64,000 nucleotides of DNA from Chloroflexota bacterium (GCA_028874175.1 JAPPLN010000069.1:606-64605); one strand, 5' to 3'; shown: positions 35,771 to 46,024, numbered from the stretch's first letter. Program-made: numbers and translations. Notes: generated by a model from the sequence alone, not told the origin.

Positions 35771-36628
35771 ATGGCCCGGATCCGCGGCGGGGAATACCGG
35801 ATGGGGACGGAGGACCGCAGCGGGTTTCCGGCGGACGGCGAAGGGCCGGTGCGGGCGGTGCAGGTGGATACGTTTCGGATCGATACTGCCGCCGTGACGA
35901 ATGCGCAATTTGCCGAGTTCGTTGCGGCCAGCGGTTACCGGACCGAGGCGGAGTCGTTTGGCTGGAGCTATGTGTTTCACATGCTGGCGTCGGACGAGAT
36001 CAAGCAGCGCACGCCGCAGCGGCCGGATACGACGCCATGGTGGGTGCCGGTAAGCGGGGCCTATTGGGCGGCGCCTGAAGGGCCGGGCTCGGACGTGGAC
36101 GACCGCATGGACCACCCGGTGATTCATGTGTCCTGGAACGACGCGCTGGCCTACTGCGAGTGGGCGGGGACGCGGCTGCCGACGGAGGCGGAATGGGAGT
36201 ACGCGGCGCGAGGGGGGCTGGACCAGCGCCGCTACCCGTGGGGCGACAAGCTGACGCCCAGGGGCGAGCATCGCTGCAATATCTGGCAGGGCACGTTTCC
36301 GGAATCCAACACGTTGGCCGACGGCTGGATTGGCACGGCGCCGGTGGACGCCTACAAGCCGAACGGATTTGGGCTGTACAACACCTCGGGCAACGTATGG
36401 GAGTGGTGCGCCGACTGGTTTAGTCCCAGCCACCATTTGGGGGCCGAGCGGCGCAATCCGCAGGGACCGGCGCAGGGTCAGCGGCGGGTGCTGCGGGGCG
36501 GGTCGTATCTCTGCCACCGGTCGTACTGCAACCGCTACCGGGTGGCGGCGCGCAGTTCCAACACGCCGGACAGCAGCGCCGGGAACCTGGGGTTTCGGTG
36601 CGTGCGGTCGGTTCCGGTACAGGGCTAA
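35771..36628 (+). CDS. Formylglycine-generating-enzyme (FGE/SUMF1) family protein
   Basis: Conserved FGE blocks: MARIRGGEYRMG, RLPTEAEWEYAARGG, GNVWEWCADWF, VLRGGSYLC. Likely start is the ATG at 35771; the track ORF begins at 35654. Confidence 0.8.
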   Translation: MARIRGGEYRMGTEDRSGFPADGEGPVRAVQVDTFRIDTAAVTNAQFAEFVAASGYRTEAESFGWSYVFHMLASDEIKQRTPQRPDTTPWWVPVSGAYWAAPEGPGSDVDDRMDHPVIHVSWNDALAYCEWAGTRLPTEAEWEYAARGGLDQRRYPWGDKLTPRGEHRCNIWQGTFPESNTLADGWIGTAPVDAYKPNGFGLYNTSGNVWEWCADWFSPSHHLGAERRNPQGPAQGQRRVLRGGSYLCHRSYCNRYRVAARSSNTPDSSAGNLGFRCVRSVPVQG

Positions 36629-36667
36629 GGCCAAGCACCCGCCACGTCGATGAACTCAGCCGCTGTT

Positions 36668-38587
36668 ATGGACCTGGCGAGCTCGCCACACGCGATGGTT
36701 CTGCCAGTGCCCCCCGGGGGGGTGGAGGTGGCGGAGGGGTTCTGGGCGGATCGAATGCGGGTCATGCGCACGCACGGGCTGGAGCGGCAGTTCGAGCAGT
36801 GCGAGCTGACAGGGCGGCTGCGCAACTTCGAGCGAGCGGCGGGGCGCCTGGAGGACGAGTTCGAGGGCCGGTATTACAACGACTCGGACGTGTACAAGTG
36901 GCTGGAGGCGGCGAGCTATGCGCTGGCGCGGGCGCCTTCGGCGGCATTGAAGGCTCGTGTCGATGGCGTGATCGAGTCGGTCGCCGCCGCGCAACGGCCG
37001 GACGGCTACATCAATACGTACTTCAGCGGGTCCCGGACGTCCTGGCGCTATCGGAACCTGACCGACGAGCACGAGCTGTATTGCATGGGGCACCTGATCC
37101 AGGCGGGGGTGGCGCACCGGAGATCGACGGGGGTGGATCGACTGTTCGAGGTGGTGGTGCGCGTGGCGGATCACATTTGCGCCACGTTTGGGCCGGAGAG
37201 CCGACCGGAGCCGGACGGGCATCCGGGGATCGAACTGGCCCTGGTGGAACTGGCGCGGGAGACCGGGAATCCCGCGTACCTGCGGCAGGCGGTGTTTTTT
37301 CTGGACCAGCGAGGGGCGGATCCGCCGAATCTGAGCGGGTTGCATTACCACCAGGACCACGCACCGGTTCGTGAGCAATGCGACGCCGACGGGCACTCGG
37401 TACGCCTGACCTATTTGGCGGCGGCGATGGCGGACGCAGCCATAGATACGGGCGAGGCGGAGCTGCTGGAGGCCTCAGTCCGGTTGTGGGAAAGCGCGTA
37501 TGAGCGCCGCGCCTACGTGACCGGAGGGCTGGGGTCGCGCTACCAGGGCGAGGCGTTCGGGGCCGACTACGAACTGCCCAACGACCGCGCGTATGCAGAG
37601 ACCTGCGCGGCGGTGGGCGGGATCTTCTGGAATGCCCGGCTGCTGGCCGCCACCGGCGACGCCCGCTATGCGGACTGGCTGGAGACGGCGCTGTACAACG
37701 GGGCGCTGGTTGGCGTGTCGCCGGACGGCGGGGCGTATTTCTACGCCAACCCGCTGGCAGCCGATCCGCAGCCGACGCCAGACGATCAGCAGGGGCTGCA
37801 CAGCAGCGGGGCGCAGCAGACCGTGGGCGGCCATCAACGCCAGCCGTGGTACGACACGGCCTGCTGCCCGCCCAACATCGCGCGGCTGCTGCTGAGCCTG
37901 CCGGGGTACGCCTACGGGGTGTCGGCGGGCGCGCTGTGGGTGCATCAGTACGTGCCGGGACGGGTGGAGGCGGTGCTGCCGGACGGCGATTCAATGACGT
38001 TGCGGATTGCCACGCGGTACCCGTGGGATGGGGACGTGGAGCTGGTGGTGGAGGATGCCCCGGACGGGCCGGTGGAGTTGCGGCTGCGGATCCCCTCGTG
38101 GGCGGATGGCGCGAGTCTCGAGGTTGAGGAGACACGCGAGCCTGTCGAGCCCGGTTTGTACGCCATCATTCAGCGGGTCTGGTCGGCTGGAGCCACGGTG
38201 CGCTTGCGGCTGCCGATGGACGTTCGGCTGGTGGCGAGCCACCCGCGGGTCCAGGCCAACACGGGGCGAGCCGCGATATCGCGGGGGCCGCTGATCTATT
38301 GCATCGAGGCCGCGGATCACCCCGAGTCGAACGTGGACGCGCTGGTCCTGGGCCCTGATTCGAATCTGCGAGCCCGGGTCGAGCCGGACCTGCTGGGCGG
38401 ACTAACGACCATCAGAGGCTCGGCCGGCGTTGCGGTTCAAAACCGGTCAGACGAGTTGTACGCGCGGTTTGACGGCGCAAAGCCGAGGCTGACTGGGTCG
38501 ACCGCACTCACCGCGATTCCGTACTTTGCCTGGGCCAACCGGGCGCCCGGAGCGATGCGCGTGTGGATTCCGTACGTTGACGGCTAA
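36668..38587 (+). CDS. Glycoside hydrolase family 127 (DUF1680; beta-L-arabinofuranosidase-like)
   Basis: ~640 aa. Conserved GH127 blocks include EAASYALA, GYINTYF, ELYCMGHLIQAG and the Cys-rich zinc site (YDTACCPPNIARLL). The start is ambiguous (36650/36668/36695). Confidence 0.8.
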   Translation: MDLASSPHAMVLPVPPGGVEVAEGFWADRMRVMRTHGLERQFEQCELTGRLRNFERAAGRLEDEFEGRYYNDSDVYKWLEAASYALARAPSAALKARVDGVIESVAAAQRPDGYINTYFSGSRTSWRYRNLTDEHELYCMGHLIQAGVAHRRSTGVDRLFEVVVRVADHICATFGPESRPEPDGHPGIELALVELARETGNPAYLRQAVFFLDQRGADPPNLSGLHYHQDHAPVREQCDADGHSVRLTYLAAAMADAAIDTGEAELLEASVRLWESAYERRAYVTGGLGSRYQGEAFGADYELPNDRAYAETCAAVGGIFWNARLLAATGDARYADWLETALYNGALVGVSPDGGAYFYANPLAADPQPTPDDQQGLHSSGAQQTVGGHQRQPWYDTACCPPNIARLLLSLPGYAYGVSAGALWVHQYVPGRVEAVLPDGDSMTLRIATRYPWDGDVELVVEDAPDGPVELRLRIPSWADGASLEVEETREPVEPGLYAIIQRVWSAGATVRLRLPMDVRLVASHPRVQANTGRAAISRGPLIYCIEAADHPESNVDALVLGPDSNLRARVEPDLLGGLTTIRGSAGVAVQNRSDELYARFDGAKPRLTGSTALTAIPYFAWANRAPGAMRVWIPYVDG

Positions 38588-39623
38588 GGCGGGTCCAATC
38601 CAGACGGATCTGTTCACGAGCGGGACGCTGGGCTACCACACGTTTCGCATTCCGGCGCTGGTGGTCACGACCGAGGGGACGCTGCTGGCGATAGCCGAGG
38701 GTCGGCGGAACTCGCAGCACGACACCGGGGACATCGACCTGGTCCTGCGCCGCAGCCGCGACAACGGGCAGACGTTCGACAAGATGCGGGTGGCGGTGCC
38801 CGGCGGGGGCGACGTGGCGGGGAATCCGGCGCCGGTTGTGGATACCGAGACCGGGACGATCTGGCTGTGGTTCTGCCGCAACAATGCCGACGGTCCTGAA
38901 ACTATGATCTGCGCCGGTGAGGCGCCGCGCACGGTGTGGCTGACCAGCAGCAATGACGACGGCGAGACCTGGGCGGAACCCCAGGAGATGACGGCTGAGG
39001 TGAAGCTGCCGGCGTGGACCTGGTACGGCACCGGGCCGGGGCATGGGTTGCAACTGGCCTCGGGGCGATTGCTGATTCCCTCGTACCACGTCATCGGACA
39101 GAACTTCGACCGGGCCACGGATCCCTACATCTCGCACGTAATCCTGAGCGACGACCACGGGGAGACCTGGCGGCTGGGGGGCGCAGCCCAGCCGGGCACG
39201 AACGAGTGCATGGCCGCGCAGCTGGCGGATGGCCGCGTCTACCTGAACGAACGCAACTACCTGGGCGAGTACCGGCGGGCCTTCGCGGTCAGCCACGACG
39301 AGGGCGAGAGTTTCGACGCCTTTGGCTGGCATGATCTGATCGACCCCATTTGCCAGGCGGCGGTGCTGGGGGCGGGCGGGGACCGTCTGGTGGTCAGCAA
39401 CGCCGCCAGCCGCCTGCGCGAGCGGCTGACGGTCCGAACGAGTGCGGACGGCGGGCAGACATGGTCACGCGGTCGGGTCCTGCACGACGGACGGGCCGCC
39501 TATTCGGACCTCTGCGAGCTACCCGACGGAACGCTGGGCTGTCTCTACGAAGCCGGCAGCGTGGGCGAGTACGAGCACCTCCGCTGGGCCAGATTCAGCC
39601 TGGACTGGCTGCATACTGCTTAG
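38577..39623 (+). CDS. Sialidase-like glycoside hydrolase (GH33, BNR/Asp-box repeats), no signal peptide
   Basis: FRIP motif (HTFRIPALV) plus four Asp-box repeats S-x-D-x-G-x-T-W/F (SRDNGQTF, SNDDGETW, SDDHGETW, SADGGQTW). A candidate TTG start at 38577 overlaps the GH127 stop by 11 nt. The ORF track start at 38526 lies inside GH127. Confidence 0.75.
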   Translation: MTAKAGPIQTDLFTSGTLGYHTFRIPALVVTTEGTLLAIAEGRRNSQHDTGDIDLVLRRSRDNGQTFDKMRVAVPGGGDVAGNPAPVVDTETGTIWLWFCRNNADGPETMICAGEAPRTVWLTSSNDDGETWAEPQEMTAEVKLPAWTWYGTGPGHGLQLASGRLLIPSYHVIGQNFDRATDPYISHVILSDDHGETWRLGGAAQPGTNECMAAQLADGRVYLNERNYLGEYRRAFAVSHDEGESFDAFGWHDLIDPICQAAVLGAGGDRLVVSNAASRLRERLTVRTSADGGQTWSRGRVLHDGRAAYSDLCELPDGTLGCLYEAGSVGEYEHLRWARFSLDWLHTA

Positions 39624-39742
39624 CCCGAAGGCATCTCTCCGGAGAGCAGGGGAAGGTCGGTCAGCCAGCTTGTATGTTCTCGACAAGCGGGCCGTGGCTG
39701 GACCGCGAAGATTCGCGGCACACGTAGTCTCGTAGCAACAGT

Positions 39743-40273
39743 TTGAAGGCCGGGATCGGAGCGCAGACGTTGAATTGGCATCCAAGTCGGCGGGCGGTCC
39801 TGATAAGCAGCGTGTGGTCCTGTGGCGCGCTGATGTTCGGGGCGGCCTGCGAGACCGTGGATGCGCAGGAGGTCGCCGCCTACCTGACCGAACTAAACGA
39901 GCTTCGGGATAGCACAGCCGCCGATGACGCGGTGCTGGGCGAGCGGTTCAATAGCCTCATCGCCAGCGGCTCGCGAGATGCCGGCGCCTACCTGTCGATC
40001 TATCGCCAATTGCGCTCATCCAACGCCGAGGTGCTGGCGAAGCTGGAGCAGATCCAGCCTCCGCAAGGATTGGGTCGCCACCACGAAGACTTCGTGGAGG
40101 GGCTGAGCGACCTCGTGACGGCACTGGACGAGGTGATCAGGATGATCGAAGCCGGAAACGTGATCGAGGCCAACCGCCTCTTCCAGCGCGCCGTTACGCG
40201 ATCCCAGGCCAAGCAGACGGGTGCGATGCTGCAGATTCGACGGGTGGCTCGCAGCGCCCGGGTTCGTATCTGA
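39743..40273 (+). CDS. Hypothetical protein, possible lipoprotein
   Basis: 176 aa. An N-terminal hydrophobic segment ends in a Cys (ISSVWSCGALMFGAAC). The rest is predicted helical, with no recognisable family. Confidence 0.4.
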   Translation: MKAGIGAQTLNWHPSRRAVLISSVWSCGALMFGAACETVDAQEVAAYLTELNELRDSTAADDAVLGERFNSLIASGSRDAGAYLSIYRQLRSSNAEVLAKLEQIQPPQGLGRHHEDFVEGLSDLVTALDEVIRMIEAGNVIEANRLFQRAVTRSQAKQTGAMLQIRRVARSARVRI

Positions 40274-40276
40274 CCC

Positions 40277-41290
40277 ATGGCAGCAAGCAACGCCACTCCA
40301 CGTCTCGTCAGCCTGGGCGAGGTGATGATCGAACTCTCGGGCCCGGCACCGCTGGCGGACGCCGCCCAACTGGAACGCTCGTATTCGGGCGACGCGCTGA
40401 ACGTGGCGGTGGCGGTGCACCGGCTGGGAGTTCCCAGTGCAATCGTGACGAGGCTGGGCGAGGACCCATTCGGCGACTACCTGCTCGGACAGTTTCGCGG
40501 CCTCGGGGTTGACCTGCGCTATGTGGAACGCGGCGGCGGGCCGACCGGCCTGTACGTCGTTGAGCAGGGCGGCCAGGGGGCGTACAGCATCTGGTACTAC
40601 CGACGCCACAGCGCCGCATCCACCGTGAGCCCGGCGGACATGGAGCAAATCGACCTGGACGGCGTGGAGATGGTTCACCTGAACGGCATCGCACAAGCGA
40701 TCTCGGCCTCGTCCCGGCAGGCGACGCGCCGGCTGGCGGAGCGCGGTCGTGCCGCAGGGGCCCTGGTGGCCTTCGACCTGAATTTCAGACCGCAAATATG
40801 GGGCGGACCCGCAGCGGCTGCGGCGGCGGACGAGGTGTTGCCGCTGGTGGACGTGGCTCTGTGCGGGCTCGACGAGGGGCAGGCGGTCTTCGGCACCGCC
40901 GACCCCGAATCGACCGCGGCGCGACTGCTGGACCAAGGACCGCGCGTGGCGGCCGTATCCATGGCCGAAGCGGGCGCGTACGTGGCCTGGGCCGACGGCG
41001 AGGTCCGCCTGCCTACCGTTGCACGAACCGTCGAGGGTGCGCAGGGCGGGGGGGACGCATTCGCTGGAGGCTTGGCCGTCGGCGAACTGTTGGGGCAGAA
41101 CCCGGCGACATCGGCCCGGCTCGCAACGGTTGTCGCCGGGCTCAAGGTGGAGCGTGTGGGACCGCTCGTCAGCCTCCCGTACCGGGCGGAGGTTCAGGTA
41201 CGGGCAGCCGAACTTGGGTGGGATGATGTGGTCGCGGTGCTGGACTCCATCGGCTCAACGCCACCGGCATCGCAAGGAGGAGATTCGTGA
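40277..41290 (+). CDS. PfkB-family sugar kinase (2-keto-3-deoxygluconate/ribokinase-like)
   Basis: The N-terminal GEVMIEL block, the anion-hole signature GGGDAFAGGLAVG and the ribokinase fold length are all present. Confidence 0.8.
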   Translation: MAASNATPRLVSLGEVMIELSGPAPLADAAQLERSYSGDALNVAVAVHRLGVPSAIVTRLGEDPFGDYLLGQFRGLGVDLRYVERGGGPTGLYVVEQGGQGAYSIWYYRRHSAASTVSPADMEQIDLDGVEMVHLNGIAQAISASSRQATRRLAERGRAAGALVAFDLNFRPQIWGGPAAAAAADEVLPLVDVALCGLDEGQAVFGTADPESTAARLLDQGPRVAAVSMAEAGAYVAWADGEVRLPTVARTVEGAQGGGDAFAGGLAVGELLGQNPATSARLATVVAGLKVERVGPLVSLPYRAEVQVRAAELGWDDVVAVLDSIGSTPPASQGGDS

Positions 41291-41604
41291 TCGTCGTAAC
41301 GACCGAGACCGTGCCCGGACGCGAAGTCGCCGAAGTCATCGACATCGTGCAAGGCAGCACGGTGCGTACGCGTGGCGTGGGGCGAGACATCGTGGCCGGG
41401 CTGCGCACGATCGTGGGCGGCGAAGTGCACGAGTACGCGGAGTTGCTGACGACCGCGCGGGCCGAGGCGCTGAACCGAATGGTGGCCGAAGCGGAGAAGC
41501 TGGGCGCCGACGCCGTGGTACAGGTCCGCTACAACACCGCCGACGTGATGCAGGGAACGGCCGAACTGCTGGCCTACGGAACGGCCGTGCGTCTGAAGAG
41601 CTAG
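41287..41604 (+). CDS. ybjQ: YbjQ/UPF0145 family protein
   Basis: 105 aa. MIVVTTETVPGREV...GRDIVAGLRTIVGGEV...LGADAVVQVRY...LAYGTAVRL closely follows the UPF0145 consensus. It overlaps the upstream kinase stop by 4 nt. Confidence 0.85.
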   Translation: MIVVTTETVPGREVAEVIDIVQGSTVRTRGVGRDIVAGLRTIVGGEVHEYAELLTTARAEALNRMVAEAEKLGADAVVQVRYNTADVMQGTAELLAYGTAVRLKS

Positions 41605-41614
41605 ACGGGCAGGC

Positions 41615-43039
41615 CTACGCGGCCTTTAGGTCTGGCCAGCGGCGTTCAGGCGCGTGGGCCGACTGCTCGTAGGCGTAGGCCACGCGCAGGGCGGTGCGCT
41701 CCCGGTACTTGGCCGCCACGATCTGCAGGCCGACGGGGAGTCCAGCCTCCGTCCAGCCGCAGGGGACGGCGACCACCGGCTGGTGAGTGGCGTTGAATGG
41801 CCGGGTGAGGTTGGGCATCCAGTGGTAGTCGGTGAGCGCTTCGTCGATCTGGGGCGGCGGTCGCTGTAACACCGGGGTCACCAGCACGTCCACAGTGCCG
41901 ATCGCCCGCCGGAAGGCGGCCAGGGCGTCGTCCCGCTGGCTGCGCAGGCGACCAAGCGTGATCTGGACATCCTCGCCTGGGCGCATGGCCTCGTCGAGGC
42001 CCAGCTCGAGCCGGTCGCGGAGCGTTGGGTTCACGCGTGAGACATCACCGTCGGTGGCCGCAAGCACGTTTTGGTAGGCCTCGATCGTGAGGATGCCGCG
42101 CTGCGACAGCGCCAGATCGGGTACTGTCGGCATCCCAACCTGCACCATGTCACCGCCCAGTAGGGCCAGGGCGTCAACCGCCGTTCGGACTATGCGCCCA
42201 ACCTCGGGATCGAGGTCATCGAAGAAGTAGTTCGACGGCACGCCTACGCGCAGGCCTTCCAGGCCAACCGGCATCTCGCTGGTGAGGTGAGCCGCGCGGT
42301 TGGCTGTGGCGATGGTCTCGTCGGTGACGGGATCGGCCATCGCTTCGAGCATTGCGGCAGCGTCGCGGGTCGTTCGAGCCATTGGCCCGGGGGTGTCAAA
42401 GCTGGGGCTGAGCAGGCGCAAGCCTTCCAGGCTGACGCGCCCATACGTGGGCTTGATGCCGACCAGGCCGCACAGGGCCGAAGGCAGGCGGATCGAGCCG
42501 CCGGTGTCGGTGCCCAGCCCTCCGTAGATCAGGGCCGCCGCAACGGCCGAGCCGGTGCCGCCGCTGGATCCGCCGGAGACGATCTCCGTGTTCCAGGGGT
42601 TTCGGGAGGGTCCGAACTGCGAGGTCGCGCCGGTCGGGTGGTAGGCAAATTCGTCGCAATTCAGCTTGCAGGCGATCACAGCGCCGGCCTTGCGCAGACC
42701 GCGGACCAATTCGGCGTCCACGCTGGCCGGCTCGTCGCCGAAGACTGTCGAGCCGGCGGTTGTTACCGAGCCGGACACGTCGGCCAGATCCTTGATACCG
42801 AGCGGTACGCCGTGGAGCGGGCCACGGTAGTCGCCGGCGAGGATTTCGCGTTCGGCCCGACGGGCGTCGGCCAGCGCCGAGTCGTGCAGGATTGCTGTGG
42901 TTGCGCCCAAGGGGCCTGCATAACGGTCCAGCCGATCCAGCGAGTTCCGAGTGGCCTCAACCGGGCTCACCTCGCCGGCGGCAATCAGCGCGCCGACTTC
43001 CGTTATCGACAGGCGGGCGAGTTCGTTACCCGGGACCAT
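41615..43039 (-). CDS. Amidase (amidase-signature family)
   Basis: The amidase-signature region GGSSGGTGSAVAAALIYGGLGTDTGGSIRLPSA carries the Ser-cisSer-Lys triad context (K in GIKDL). Confidence 0.85.
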   Translation of the reverse strand: MVPGNELARLSITEVGALIAAGEVSPVEATRNSLDRLDRYAGPLGATTAILHDSALADARRAEREILAGDYRGPLHGVPLGIKDLADVSGSVTTAGSTVFGDEPASVDAELVRGLRKAGAVIACKLNCDEFAYHPTGATSQFGPSRNPWNTEIVSGGSSGGTGSAVAAALIYGGLGTDTGGSIRLPSALCGLVGIKPTYGRVSLEGLRLLSPSFDTPGPMARTTRDAAAMLEAMADPVTDETIATANRAAHLTSEMPVGLEGLRVGVPSNYFFDDLDPEVGRIVRTAVDALALLGGDMVQVGMPTVPDLALSQRGILTIEAYQNVLAATDGDVSRVNPTLRDRLELGLDEAMRPGEDVQITLGRLRSQRDDALAAFRRAIGTVDVLVTPVLQRPPPQIDEALTDYHWMPNLTRPFNATHQPVVAVPCGWTEAGLPVGLQIVAAKYRERTALRVAYAYEQSAHAPERRWPDLKAA

Positions 43040-43071
43040 GCGTCGCCCTCCTTAGGAGCGCCTGAGCTCGA

Positions 43072-43650
43072 TCAGTCCTCGTCGTCCCATCCGAGCCACT
43101 CGACCTGGGCCGGCTGGCGCTCGCGCCGATCGGGCCCGATTGCGGGTGATGGATGTCCGAGATAGATGTACCCGACGATGCGGTCCTTCTGATCCAGGCC
43201 CAGGAAGTCCTTGCAGGCCGCAAAGTCGCACATTTCCCCGGTTCGCCACTTGGTGGCGAGACCCTCAGCGTGCGCAGCCAGCATCAGGTTCTGGGTCGCG
43301 CAACAGACGGAGGCATAGTCTTCAAGGTTTGTGACGGGATCGTCCGACCAAACCTGGCTGACGACGATCACCACGGGCGACCGGCGGAGCCGGACGCGCG
43401 CAGAGCGGATGGATGGAGCCGACGCCGGATCGTCGGGGTCTAGTTCTGATTCCAGGCGATCGGCAACCATGGCGCCCATCTCGTCGCGGGCCACACCGCG
43501 CAGGACGTGGAAGCGCCAGGGTTCGGTGAGGTGGTGATTCGGCGCCCAAACAGAAGCCTGGATGATTCGGTCGATCGCCGCGCGGGACGGGGCATCCTCA
43601 GTTAGCCCTGTGATGCTGCGGCGGCCTCGGATCGCTGTGTATACGTCCAT
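43072..43650 (-). CDS. Nitroreductase family protein
   Basis: 192 aa. The N-terminal RRSI motif and the nitroreductase fold (PNHHLTEPWRFHV, LMLAAHAEGLATKW) are present. Confidence 0.8.
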   Translation of the reverse strand: MDVYTAIRGRRSITGLTEDAPSRAAIDRIIQASVWAPNHHLTEPWRFHVLRGVARDEMGAMVADRLESELDPDDPASAPSIRSARVRLRRSPVVIVVSQVWSDDPVTNLEDYASVCCATQNLMLAAHAEGLATKWRTGEMCDFAACKDFLGLDQKDRIVGYIYLGHPSPAIGPDRRERQPAQVEWLGWDDED

Positions 43651-43754
43651 ACCGCTCGTCTCACGGATGGCGGACGACCATCATGGTATCGGGCGCGCCG
43701 CCGAAGCGCGTGGGGTTATGGTTGAATCAGACAGTTGGCTCGCGAGGTTTGGCT

Positions 43755-44786
43755 GTGCACATCGGAGTTCTGACCGGCGGCGGCGATTGCCCGGGGCTGA
43801 ATGCCGCGATTCGTGCCGTCACCCGAGCAAGCCTGGACCAGGGGTGGTCGGTCACGGGCCTGCACGACGGCTGGGCGGGCGTGCTGGCCCGCAACAGCAC
43901 GCCGCTGACCATCGAGAACACGGACAGCTTTCTGGACGTGGGCGGAACTCTGCTGGGCAGTTCACGCACCAACCCGCTGCGGACGACCGAGAGTTACGCG
44001 AAAGCGGCATCGGTCTTCGACGACATGGGCCTGGATGGCCTGGTGGCCATCGGCGGCGACGACACGCTGTCCGTGGCCGGCGCGCTGGCCGGGGACGGAC
44101 TACCTGTTGTCGGCATCCCCAAGACCATCGACAACGACGTGCCGGGCACCGACATGTGCATTGGGTTCGACACCGCCGTGGAAACGATTGCTGGATCTAT
44201 CGCACGCCTGCGCAGCACCACCATGTCGCATCACCGGGCAACGGTGGTGGAAACGATGGGGCGCCAGGCCGGCTGGCTGGCGGCGCTGGGAGGTCTGGCG
44301 GGCGGCGCCGATTTTATTGCCGTGCCTGAGCAGCGCAGCACGCGCGACGAGTTTGTGGCGCACGTCCAGCGGCGCTACGAGCAGGGGCGCGACTACAGCA
44401 TCGTGGTGGTGGCCGAAGGCGCCGAGATCGATGGGCTGGAAGTCGGCGAGGCCGGGGTGCAGGCGACCGACGAGTTCGGCCACATCGTGTTGGCCGCGCG
44501 CAGCGTAGGCGAGAGCCTTGCCCGAGCGATCGAGGGAGCCACCGGGATCGAGACGCGGTCCAGCGTCCTGGGCCACCTCCAGCGGGGCGGGCCGCCCACC
44601 ACGTTCGACCGCGTGCTCGGCACGCGCCTGGGCGTGGCCGCCGTCGGGTATCTCGCCGCCGGACAGCGCGGTCAGATGGCCGCCCAGCGCGGACCGCACA
44701 TCGAGCCGGTGCCACTGGTCGACATAGCCGGGAAGACCCGTCCGCTGGACGACTCGTACCTGGACCTGCTCAGCCTCTTTGCGTAG
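43755..44786 (+). CDS. pfkA: 6-phosphofructokinase
   Basis: GVLTGGGDCPGLNAAIR, GGDDTL(S) and MGRQAGW(LA) are the PFK-A family hallmarks. The GTG at 43755 gives a canonical N-terminus (the track ORF starts at 43683). ATP- versus PPi-dependence is not resolvable by eye. Confidence 0.85.
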   Translation: MHIGVLTGGGDCPGLNAAIRAVTRASLDQGWSVTGLHDGWAGVLARNSTPLTIENTDSFLDVGGTLLGSSRTNPLRTTESYAKAASVFDDMGLDGLVAIGGDDTLSVAGALAGDGLPVVGIPKTIDNDVPGTDMCIGFDTAVETIAGSIARLRSTTMSHHRATVVETMGRQAGWLAALGGLAGGADFIAVPEQRSTRDEFVAHVQRRYEQGRDYSIVVVAEGAEIDGLEVGEAGVQATDEFGHIVLAARSVGESLARAIEGATGIETRSSVLGHLQRGGPPTTFDRVLGTRLGVAAVGYLAAGQRGQMAAQRGPHIEPVPLVDIAGKTRPLDDSYLDLLSLFA

Positions 44787-44956
44787 TCGCAACCGCTGAA
44801 CCGCTTGCCCACGGGCCGGCGTGGTGTGCGAGAATCGCGGACACCTAAATCTGGTCGGGCTGGCGCTCTTGACCAATCCCACGGCTCGGGCCGTAGGCTC
44901 GCTCACCTCCGCAGAATTGCGTGGACGGTCGTCGTGACGCGCCGGCGGTTGTTGAC

Positions 44957-46024
44957 ATGACTCTGGACACGGCCACGCTGGAATCCACGCGGGCCGCGCT
45001 GCGCGCCAAGCTGCACGGCATCGTGCCCGAATTCGAAGTGGACCTGAAGGCCGAGTTGGCCTACCGCATAAATCGCCTGAAGGCCGAGCGCGGGGCCGTG
45101 ATCCTGGGGCACAACTACATGGAGCCGGCGCTCTTCCACTCGGTGTGCGACTACACCGGCGATTCCCTGGAACTGAGTCGGGTGGCGGCAACGACCGAGG
45201 CGGACCCGATCGTTTTCTGTGGGGTGCGCTTCATGGCCGAGACGGCCAAGATCCTGAATCCCGAACGCACCGTGCTGCTGCCGGCGCTGCGGGCGGGCTG
45301 CTCGCTGGCCGAGTCCATCACCGCCGAGGACGTGCGCGGGCTGCGCGCCCGCTACCCCGACGCGCCGATCGTCGCCTACATCAACACGTACGCGGACGTG
45401 AAGGCCGAGGTGGATGTGTGCTGCACGTCAAGCAACGCGGCCAAGGTGGTGGAGTCGCTGGATTCCGACCTGGTGATCTTCCTGCCGGACGAGTACCTGG
45501 CGAAGAACGTGGCACGGGAGACGGGCAAGACCATTGTGTTGCCCAGCACCGCGCCGGTATCGGCGGACGCGCGCGCCGAGGCGGCCGGCAATGGCGTTCA
45601 CTACGACATCGTGGGCTGGACCGGCCGCTGCGAGGTGCATGAGAAGTTCACGGTGGAGGACGTCCAGGCGGTACGCGAGCAGTTCCCTGACGTGGTTGTG
45701 CTGGCCCATCCGGAGTGCAGTCCCGAGGTCGTGGACGTGTCGGACTTCTCAGGCTCGACGGCCGCGATGACCCGATACGTCCGCGAGGTGGAGGCGCCGC
45801 GCTACTTGCTGCTGACCGAGTGCAGCATGGGCGACAACATCGCCGCGGAGGCGCCCGACAAGGACATGGTGCGCCTGTGCTCGGTGCGCTGCCCGCACAT
45901 GAACGAAATCACGCTGGAGCACGTGCTGGCCTCGCTGCGGGAGAACCGCGAGCAGATCGAGGTGCCCGAGGAGATTCGCGTGCGTGCCCGACGATCGATC
46001 GACCGGATGCTGGAGATCGGCTAG
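44957..46024 (+). CDS. nadA: Quinolinate synthase
   Basis: Full-length NadA-like sequence with a conserved Cys triad (C in FCGVRFMAE, CCTSSNA, CS...MGDN region). Start is ATG 44921 or 44957. Confidence 0.85.
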   Translation: MTLDTATLESTRAALRAKLHGIVPEFEVDLKAELAYRINRLKAERGAVILGHNYMEPALFHSVCDYTGDSLELSRVAATTEADPIVFCGVRFMAETAKILNPERTVLLPALRAGCSLAESITAEDVRGLRARYPDAPIVAYINTYADVKAEVDVCCTSSNAAKVVESLDSDLVIFLPDEYLAKNVARETGKTIVLPSTAPVSADARAEAAGNGVHYDIVGWTGRCEVHEKFTVEDVQAVREQFPDVVVLAHPECSPEVVDVSDFSGSTAAMTRYVREVEAPRYLLLTECSMGDNIAAEAPDKDMVRLCSVRCPHMNEITLEHVLASLRENREQIEVPEEIRVRARRSIDRMLEIG

